64,000 nucleotides of DNA from a virus. Lineage: Duplodnaviria > Caudoviricetes. Both the position numbers and the translations under genes were made by a program. Below are positions 57,701 through 64,000 of this stretch, piece after piece. The notes under the pieces are model-generated. The model saw only the letters and a list, made by a program, of their open reading frames with translations. It searched no databases and was not told where the DNA came from. The number at the start of each line of letters is the position of its first letter. Positions within the stretch are counted from its first letter, which is position 1. The stretch covers positions 64,001-128,000 of the IMG/VR virus record IMGVR_UViG_3300038443_002533. One strand, given 5' to 3'.

Positions 57701-58173
57701 TGGTGAACGTGATGCCGGATCCGACGGTGTATCCGTTCTCGATGGATAACCAAACCACGTCTGAGTACAACGCGGCCATCGCAGGCGCAACGTCGCCAGG
57801 TAAACGTTTGGCCGGTGCCAATGCAATCGTCAGTGCAATGACTCCATATCGCCTCTACATCTACCAGGAAAACAGCTTGGTGGTGCCGATGACGTTCTCG
57901 ACCCCGATGGTGGCAAATGACGACGGCACGAACGTGACGGTGAGCACCGGTACGCCAGATCCGACCGATCCGCTGATGGCTGCCGATATCAACTCTGGTA
58001 CCTGGCACTTTGAGCTGCAAGGCGCGGCCGATTACAGCCGCTCGATCAAAGGCAGTGTCGGTCCGACGGGATCGGGCAAGATGATCGAAATCAGCGATAA
58101 TCCGGCCCCGGGTACGGGCGTGAGCATCAGCTTCTCGATGACGCTGGATCGCTCCATCGATGGTCTGAGCTAA
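54757..58173 (+). CDS. Tail fibre/spike: collagen-like stalk, beta-helix (pectin-lyase-like) domain, Ig-like domain, C-terminal domain
   Basis: Six GKSAY..A..NGF.G....WL.SLKG repeats; NNCQDGVL...GQSHNIY...GHDFKTRA; DTTPP...ASDNVGVAEVDFYRDG Ig domain. Confidence 0.85.
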   Translation: MSLNDAINQGIADFDKLHQILHGDANTSVITDGGPVPTVAKTIGGIYGKILDTLGAESTSTLTVGLGLQSLTIPNDKSFQPGQYITVANSGGDKVMFGPVVSYQDTLLLLNVVNTVGSGTDTAWIVTVSGPSGRTGASAYEDAVLNLGFVGSKTDWLNSLKGKDGRDGNDGLQGVRGKTAYEVAQQNGYNDTEQAWLLSLKGPQGAKGNDGLNGKSAYQSALDNGFVGSEADWMISLKGQAGIDGKSAYELATDNGFVGTTNDWLDSIKGKDGRSLTIRGTLADQASLPSGAALGDAYVVSGDIWVNGDSGWFNAGQFLGVAGQNGRSAYQVAVDNGFVGDEQTWLTSLKGAQGDQGVKGDTGKSAYQLAADNGFSGTTIEWLASLKGPKGDTGAAGSGGSGGGMGASEKIFTDSTTITPTSLDGSVNNVFTIKVTADFVIPPIVNAISGQNYLIVLMQDIAGNHKVTKDRLYKFSNNVDPQFSTSGSAIDLLQTTASASGFFYSRFFGGFTTTGIARIASTAYDTMALAGAAAKDGDLIYVTRSGQMSECTVPMLNPGYYTIAGDPAVAGVPTLKVDNTVHLAWSKGIINVEAGHVTVRDLKLVGAWTSDLSGAAIRHNPGVQYLRMERLVINNCQDGVLSATLDPANRISNGYTIELVDCILDSNGQGTDGQSHNIYLQHYNRVYALRTRFTNALYGHDFKTRADWVLMDRCYCSGAGSREVDIPDGGVFHAVNSYFIMNAKTGQNNLIGIGHEISKDGANTQQEYIFRNCLLQNDSGGNFSETFVQQISTSVTVYFIDCVFLTASPNHCIMDTPFQLVYTGGPIGPEGWDQSKGGIIPKRGTYNTSGGNSIWADNLQPAIIYGADPTLNSFPPTGSTSTPSVRPENTGPDTTPPAVSLASSASTVSSSGTITLTANASDNVGVAEVDFYRDGVKIGTDSAAPYTCTVTLSSSDNGTLTFTAVAMDAAGNQTTSAPVQVVVNVMPDPTVYPFSMDNQTTSEYNAAIAGATSPGKRLAGANAIVSAMTPYRLYIYQENSLVVPMTFSTPMVANDDGTNVTVSTGTPDPTDPLMAADINSGTWHFELQGAADYSRSIKGSVGPTGSGKMIEISDNPAPGTGVSISFSMTLDRSIDGLS
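55150..55935 (+). repeat. Six collagen-associated SAY...WL.SLKG repeats
   Basis: Protein-level repeats separated by Gly-X-Y triplets. Confidence 0.9.
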
Positions 58174-58236
58174 TAGAACCACGTGTAGTCAACTCCCCGG
58201 GGGCTTCCCCCCGGGGTTACTCAACTAGGATAAGAC

Positions 58237-60936
58237 ATGCTTACTTACGATTCTGGTTTGCAATCTGCTTTGGCCGCGGCCGTGAGCAAGGTCGACTGGT
58301 GCAACACCCTGCTCACGCAGCTGGGGAGCGCCTTGACCATCCGCTGCAAACGCAGTGCGGACGCTTCGTCCACCACCGTATTCGATACTGGTACGGAATT
58401 CTTCAGCGCGTCGATCTCCAGCGCGCTGGGCATGAGCGGCGGTCAAATCGCCAAATTTGGCAACATCCAAAACGCCACAATCCGCATGGCACAAGACCTG
58501 AGTTCGGGCGCCAGTGTGCTTCGGATCGAAGGCAATGGGCACTGGATTCAAGGCACGCTGGGTCTGAGCAACAGCTCGGCCGACTTTAAGGTCACCCAAA
58601 GCCCGACCGCCAAGACCGGTATGGCCTTCGGTACGATCAGCATTTCCGCGCCGCGTAGCATGCCTTCCGGCACCGGTCCGGTGGCGCCGTCGCTCGACGC
58701 GAATGCGCCGTGGTCCATCGTCTTCGAAGACTGGTCGATTCCATCGACGCCCAAAGTGGTGAAAACCATCAATCTGGATACCCGCGCAGACGACTACGTC
58801 TACCAGGATTCGGAACTGGCGGCTGAAATCGGCGACGTGCGCATGACCCAAAGCTCGCAGACCATCGTGTATGGCCAGTTCGAGTTTGGCGTCACGATGC
58901 TGTCGGTGCATGGTGGCCTGAATCTGGAAAACCCCGGCACCCCGGTGCACCAGATCATCATCTCGCACAAGCCGTACGGTACCTGGGCGTCGTATCCGTT
59001 CTCGGACACGTTCCGCGTCGATCGCGATACCACGTTCCCGAAACCATACAAGATCAAAGTACTCAAGGCCGATGGTACCATCCTCAAGACCTTCGAGATG
59101 CGCGACGGTCTGGCCATCAACGATCCGAGCCTGTCGCAAGGCTGGGGTCCGGGTTACCCGCTGCCGATGCGCCCGCACTTCCAATGCGGTCAATGGCATT
59201 TCTGGCAATCGGCCAAACTGAAGTATAGCTCGAATGCGCTGAAGTATTTCCCGGGCGTGACCGATCATTTCATGCGGGATTCCATCGCCAAAGCTGGTGC
59301 CTCCACCAACGGCAACATCCCGCTGGCGTATGGTGGTCAGTGGAACTCGACGCTGCAATGGCACGGCCTGCCGCAGTGGCCGACCGAGTATTACACCGAC
59401 GGCAACCCGCATGCGGGCGAAACCTACGACGACCCGTATCTGTACGATGTCAAGACCTATCACGGTTATGAAGGCCACCACGGCGGTATCACGGGCTGGG
59501 ATATTGAGCCGGGCTCCATCAGTGGTCACGACTGGTACATCGGCCCGGGTGGACCACGCGCTGACCGCGGTGCGCTGCATACGCCATTCGTACGTTACTT
59601 CTCGCGACCGAACGGGTCCCGCCTTAAAGGTAATGTGCCAAACCGCACAATGCTGGACGCATATAACCACGGGTATTTCCACCATTCGCACCACATGTTC
59701 ACGGTGGACGTGCAAAAGCTGTTGATGCCACCGAAAGAGTGGATGCGTGACGGTACGATTTCGTTCGGCTTTGCGTATTACGGCTCGAACAACACTTATT
59801 CGGCAGGCGGTCTGCCGCGCACGGTGGCGCTGAAAACGCTGCCGAACCAGAGTAACTGGCCGGCACCGGTGCGTGATGGCCATAAAGGTTTCTTCCATGG
59901 TTGGGAAGTCGACCAACACCACTCGTACGTGGCGCCAGGTCTGGCAACGATTTTCTGCAATAGCCCAGCGCACACGATCAGCGGCTTCATGCGTCTGTAT
60001 GCGCACGTCTGTGGTCAGTTGGGGGATGCTTACCCGACGTCTTGCATGCCGGGTCTGTTCCTGTCGCGCGTGCACGCATGGCGCACCTGGCAGCTGGTGA
60101 TCGCATGGAAGACCGCGACGACTCACGCTTCGGGTATCGATCGGGAAACCATCGAGCGTCGTCTGCAAGTCGAACTGGAAACGGTGTACGACCAGGTCTA
60201 CGTGCCAGCGATGGTCAACAACTCGACGGACCCGACCATGATTGGTATTCGTACCTTCGGTCAACCGGTGTCGGTGCAATACGGTACCAGCGTCGATGGC
60301 TGGCAGGGTTACAAGTGGTACCGTGGTCTGAGCGACTCCAAATCGGGTTATTTCGCCGCCGTGCTGGCAGTGATGCGTCAAACCGGCTGCATGGCTGCCA
60401 TGCGCGCCCGTTCGTCCAAGTGCGATATCGCGATTCGTTTCATCATCGACCGCATGGACCAAGACAGCCTGCTGTCGCTGTACTACACCAAGGGTCGCTA
60501 CGAAAGCAATTTCGTGTACTCGAACCGCATCGCTTCGCAAGGTTCCGCCACGGCGGACACGGCCGCAAGTCTGCCGGATCCGACGATGTATTCGGGATGG
60601 CCGGAATGGGTGACGAACAATCCACAAAACGGCCAAGAGACGTTGATGACGGACGTGAATGGCAATATCACGTGTGCCAATCTGGATGCTGTTACGACAG
60701 CACGCTTCCAGTGGGCTTTCGTCCGGCGTGATTTCTTCTCGGATATTCCGGCTCCAATGGACAATGGCACCAATATCGTGACCAGCACTTGCAACATGGT
60801 GCAAGGTTGGATGGACACCCTCGACACCAAAGTCAAAGGTATCGCAGCGCCGTACTCGCAATCCGGTGCCGATATGCAGTATGCCTGGCCACAACTCGGT
60901 ATCATCAAAGCTCCGGCAACACTGACTCCTATCTAA
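58237..60936 (+). CDS. Large aromatic-rich protein, putative spike/carbohydrate-active enzyme
   Basis: 899 aa; N-domain resembles the C-domain of 54757-58173; W/Y/H-rich body; no family recognised. Confidence 0.65.
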   Translation: MLTYDSGLQSALAAAVSKVDWCNTLLTQLGSALTIRCKRSADASSTTVFDTGTEFFSASISSALGMSGGQIAKFGNIQNATIRMAQDLSSGASVLRIEGNGHWIQGTLGLSNSSADFKVTQSPTAKTGMAFGTISISAPRSMPSGTGPVAPSLDANAPWSIVFEDWSIPSTPKVVKTINLDTRADDYVYQDSELAAEIGDVRMTQSSQTIVYGQFEFGVTMLSVHGGLNLENPGTPVHQIIISHKPYGTWASYPFSDTFRVDRDTTFPKPYKIKVLKADGTILKTFEMRDGLAINDPSLSQGWGPGYPLPMRPHFQCGQWHFWQSAKLKYSSNALKYFPGVTDHFMRDSIAKAGASTNGNIPLAYGGQWNSTLQWHGLPQWPTEYYTDGNPHAGETYDDPYLYDVKTYHGYEGHHGGITGWDIEPGSISGHDWYIGPGGPRADRGALHTPFVRYFSRPNGSRLKGNVPNRTMLDAYNHGYFHHSHHMFTVDVQKLLMPPKEWMRDGTISFGFAYYGSNNTYSAGGLPRTVALKTLPNQSNWPAPVRDGHKGFFHGWEVDQHHSYVAPGLATIFCNSPAHTISGFMRLYAHVCGQLGDAYPTSCMPGLFLSRVHAWRTWQLVIAWKTATTHASGIDRETIERRLQVELETVYDQVYVPAMVNNSTDPTMIGIRTFGQPVSVQYGTSVDGWQGYKWYRGLSDSKSGYFAAVLAVMRQTGCMAAMRARSSKCDIAIRFIIDRMDQDSLLSLYYTKGRYESNFVYSNRIASQGSATADTAASLPDPTMYSGWPEWVTNNPQNGQETLMTDVNGNITCANLDAVTTARFQWAFVRRDFFSDIPAPMDNGTNIVTSTCNMVQGWMDTLDTKVKGIAAPYSQSGADMQYAWPQLGIIKAPATLTPI

Positions 60937-60950
60937 AGGGTTAAAGGAAC

Positions 60951-63900
60951 ATGGCAACTATCACTAAAACCATCGGTAGTGCCGCGGGTCGTGATTATTC
61001 AACGATCCAGGCGTTTATCGATTCGATCCCAGCCGACTTGGTGGCGGCTGGGTTTTGCTACACGGGTCTGGTGTACAACGATTCGGAGTTTAACGACACC
61101 ACGGGTAAAGTCAACATCGCCAGCAAAAACACTGACTCGACCCACTTCATTACGTTGCAGTGCGCACCGGGTCAATCGTTTAGCACGAACCCCAATCGTG
61201 CCAACAATGCGCTGTGGTATAGCCAAGCCAACGGGGTGGCGATTCATGCGATCCTGAACAGCTCCACGACGTTTAACATCGCGGTCCCGTACACCGTGAT
61301 CGATGGTTTCCAGATCAATGCCACGGGCACAGGCGCCATCGCGATCACGGCCAATGCAACCGGCGTGATGGTCAAGAACTGTCTCTTTGCTGGCCAGCCC
61401 GCAAGCTCGATCGCTTACGGTCTGACTCAGGTCGCCGGCGGCGCAACGATGCAGGATTGCTTGGTGCTCGTCACCGCGTCGGGTGCAGGTGCGGGTATCA
61501 AGATGACGAACGGCACGGTGATCAACTGTACGGTGGCTAAACCGCCGCAGTTCTCGCTGGGTGCAAGCGAAAAGTCCCAAGCCATCTCGTTCAACTACGG
61601 CACCAACGTGGTGAAGAACTGCGCCCTGTTTGGTTTCGCCAATCAGGATGCGACACCCAACAGCTACAGTGCGTCGGATTACAACGCCACGGACTGGAAC
61701 CAAGCGCCAGGTGGCACGGCGGCTACGCATAACCTGCTGAGCCTGGTGTACGCGAACCAGTTCGTTAACAACGCGAACGACTTCCGTCTGAAGGCCGGTA
61801 GCGACCTGATCGGTAAAGCGATCAACCTGTCGGCGACTTACCAAACCACCGACATCATCGGTACGGCGCGGCAAACCAACTGGGACATCGGTGCTTACGC
61901 GGCGATTACCCCGGCCAATGCGCTGTCGCTGTCGGGTCCGACGCTGGGTCAAGTCAACCAAGTGTCGAGCAACTTCACGGTGGCGGCCAATGGTCAAGTC
62001 AGTGGTTCGGTGACGGTCACCCCGAGCGACGGCGGTAAAGGGGGCACGTTTAACCCTTCGTCGTTCACGATGACGGGTGTGAGCCCGTCGGTGACGTTTA
62101 CCTACACCCCGTCGCAAACGGGCAACATCAACATCAGCATCAGTAACAACGGTACGCTGGCCAACCCGGCCGCGATCACGTACAACTCGGTGCTGCCGGC
62201 TACGCAAGTGATGTTGTCGGGCCCGGCTCTGGCACGTGCGGGTGTGCAAAGCGCGAACTTCACGGCCCAACTGGACGGCTATGTGGCTACCGCTGTCAAG
62301 GTGATCCCGAACGACAATGGTGATGGCGGTACCTTCACCCCGGTGTTCGTGATGCTGGACAGCAACACCCCGTCGGCGACCTTCACCTACACGGGTGCGT
62401 CAGGTGGTGTGAAGACCATCGCCACCACCAATGATTCGAGCCTGACGAACCATTCGGTGTCGATCACGGAAAAACCGCCGATCGTCCCTGTCCCGACCCC
62501 GAGCACCCCGACCCTGGTGGTGAAATCGATCGGTACCGGTAAAGACTTCGCGACGATTAAAGCGTTTACCGATTTCGCTGCCGCGTTTGACTTGACGGCG
62601 AATCAGCAATCGCTGCTGGGTGAAGTGTACGAAAGCTCGACGGTGTCGGCCCAATCTTCGTTCTCCGCGAAGAACCCGACCAGTCAGTTCAACGTCACAC
62701 TGCAACCAGTGCCCGGCACCAGTGCCAACTATCTGGATAAAGGCTATCCGGCCGATTACGGTACCGAAGGTATCGAACTGACGATCAGTAACCAATGGTT
62801 GGTGGGCGCTGGCACGGTGCTGCAAGACTTCCGTTTCAACACCACGGGATCTTCAGGCTGCATCACCATGGGTGGTGGTAACAGTTTGTTCTACCCAGTG
62901 TTCCAGCGCAACCGTGTTAAAGCCAGCGGTACCGCGATAACCTCCGTATGGGCCGGCCAGTATGTTGGTCCGGGTGTCGTGACGGACTGTTTGTTCATCC
63001 TTGATGACGGCAGTACTTCGACGGCGCTGAATGGTCAGCAAGCAAAACTGACGTGCAAACGTAACACCTTTGTTCGCAAAGGCAGTGCGTCAGGTTACCT
63101 GCTGTCGTTCAATGCCAACCAAACCCCGTCGCTGGGTACAATCATCGCGAACAACGTATTCATCAACGCGGGCAATACACCGGTCAATTATCTGAACCTG
63201 GTCGCAGCGGCGAACGTATACAACAACTATACGGACAACGGTCAAGCCTCCCCTATCGCCGGTATCACCACGGTGTTGGCGGGCTCGGGAACGAACCTGG
63301 TGCGCAACACCACCAGTGACTTCCGTCCGGATGATGCGGGTGCGCTGATTGGTCATGCGTCGGAAGGCGCGATCGATATGCTGGACTTGTACAGTGTCGG
63401 TCGCGGTGGTACGCCGGACGTGGGTGCTATCCAAGGCACCGTCATCAACGTGCTACCGGTGGTGGCGATCTCGGCACAAGACGTGAACTGTCAACGAATC
63501 GTGGTGACGGGTACGACGCGTTACACCCCGACCTCGGGTACGGCGTTGCTGTTGCCGGATCCGAACAACCCGAATGGCGCGGTGCAACAAGGCCCGACCA
63601 ATGTCGTGTTGTCGGCAGGTGCGTTCAGCGTGCAGTGGGACAACGTACCGGCGGGGAATTACCTGACCCCGGTCGTGACGCTGGTCAACAGCAGCGGCTA
63701 CAACCGTGTGCAAACTGGTGGCGATGTTATCAACATCATCCCGGTGTCGGCCGCCATCGTTGCAGCCGAAGCATCACCCACCCAAGGCAATGCCCCGGTC
63801 ATCACGTTCGATAACCGTCGTGGCTTCGACAACAACACCTTCAACATCGGTGGTACGGTCGATACCCAAGGCGATCCGAACTGCTCGATCAAGGTGTACG

Positions 63901-64000
63901 TCGATTTCGCGGACTCCTCCAAAGCATCGCTGGGGCCGTGGACGGCGAACATCGTGGGTAAACGCTGGTCGGCTCAGTTCACGGGCCTGTCGGGTGTCTT
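60951..64000 (+). CDS. Double beta-helix plus Ig-like fibre/spike protein, 3' truncated (not in ORF track)
   Basis: ATG 60951 with SD AAGGA, open to the window end (>1016 aa); two modules K(T/S)IG..G.D(Y/F).TI.AF ... DFR...LIG.A...D(I/V)GA separated by two Ig-like repeats. Confidence 0.85.
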   Translation, partial: MATITKTIGSAAGRDYSTIQAFIDSIPADLVAAGFCYTGLVYNDSEFNDTTGKVNIASKNTDSTHFITLQCAPGQSFSTNPNRANNALWYSQANGVAIHAILNSSTTFNIAVPYTVIDGFQINATGTGAIAITANATGVMVKNCLFAGQPASSIAYGLTQVAGGATMQDCLVLVTASGAGAGIKMTNGTVINCTVAKPPQFSLGASEKSQAISFNYGTNVVKNCALFGFANQDATPNSYSASDYNATDWNQAPGGTAATHNLLSLVYANQFVNNANDFRLKAGSDLIGKAINLSATYQTTDIIGTARQTNWDIGAYAAITPANALSLSGPTLGQVNQVSSNFTVAANGQVSGSVTVTPSDGGKGGTFNPSSFTMTGVSPSVTFTYTPSQTGNINISISNNGTLANPAAITYNSVLPATQVMLSGPALARAGVQSANFTAQLDGYVATAVKVIPNDNGDGGTFTPVFVMLDSNTPSATFTYTGASGGVKTIATTNDSSLTNHSVSITEKPPIVPVPTPSTPTLVVKSIGTGKDFATIKAFTDFAAAFDLTANQQSLLGEVYESSTVSAQSSFSAKNPTSQFNVTLQPVPGTSANYLDKGYPADYGTEGIELTISNQWLVGAGTVLQDFRFNTTGSSGCITMGGGNSLFYPVFQRNRVKASGTAITSVWAGQYVGPGVVTDCLFILDDGSTSTALNGQQAKLTCKRNTFVRKGSASGYLLSFNANQTPSLGTIIANNVFINAGNTPVNYLNLVAAANVYNNYTDNGQASPIAGITTVLAGSGTNLVRNTTSDFRPDDAGALIGHASEGAIDMLDLYSVGRGGTPDVGAIQGTVINVLPVVAISAQDVNCQRIVVTGTTRYTPTSGTALLLPDPNNPNGAVQQGPTNVVLSAGAFSVQWDNVPAGNYLTPVVTLVNSSGYNRVQTGGDVINIIPVSAAIVAAEASPTQGNAPVITFDNRRGFDNNTFNIGGTVDTQGDPNCSIKVYVDFADSSKASLGPWTANIVGKRWSAQFTGLSGV

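Noticed and set aside
58225-60957. Very long antisense ORFs (also 54760-56667, 48072-49919, 27854-29527, 11737-13362, 38169-39554 and others)
   Set aside because: Shadow frames of GC3-biased genes; Arg/His/Val-rich translations with no motifs, SD or independent signals.
1-64000. tRNA genes, CRISPR arrays, DGR template/variable repeats, reverse transcriptase
   Set aside because: Intergenic gaps are short and explained by hairpins and promoters; no cloverleaf, spacer-repeat array, adenine-specific repeat pair or RT motif was seen by eye.

Overview
64 kb of a phiKZ-like (Chimalliviridae-type, nucleus-forming) jumbo phage genome, about 55-58% GC by eye. All assignments come from motifs, synteny and recalled family knowledge; no database search was run. 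(1) 1-17.7 kb is the conserved transcription/nucleus block. It holds the 3' part of a group IA2 intron with an HNH homing endonuclease, sitting in the catalytic DxDGD motif of the non-virion RNAP beta' N-subunit, then an SbcD nuclease, ChmC, a gp68-like RNAP subunit, PicA, nvRNAP beta and beta' subunits and an SF2 helicase. (2) 17.8-28 kb has a DarG-like macrodomain, a virion RNAP beta' subunit, two paralogues with acidic Pro/Ala stalks and a split PolB exonuclease subunit. (3) 28-47 kb is head/inner-body and baseplate genes. (4) 47-64 kb is a modular cluster of four large fibre/spike proteins. The most unusual element is an AT-rich GIY-YIG cassette (about 42.9-43.7 kb) that has taken over the first ~33 codons of a virion gene and supplies a synonymously recoded replacement 5' end, an intron-free self-repairing insertion. 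Also notable: a bacterial SSB-like tail on ChmC, a genome-wide hairpin+TATG motif, and shared docking-like domains among the fibres. No tRNA, CRISPR array or DGR was seen.
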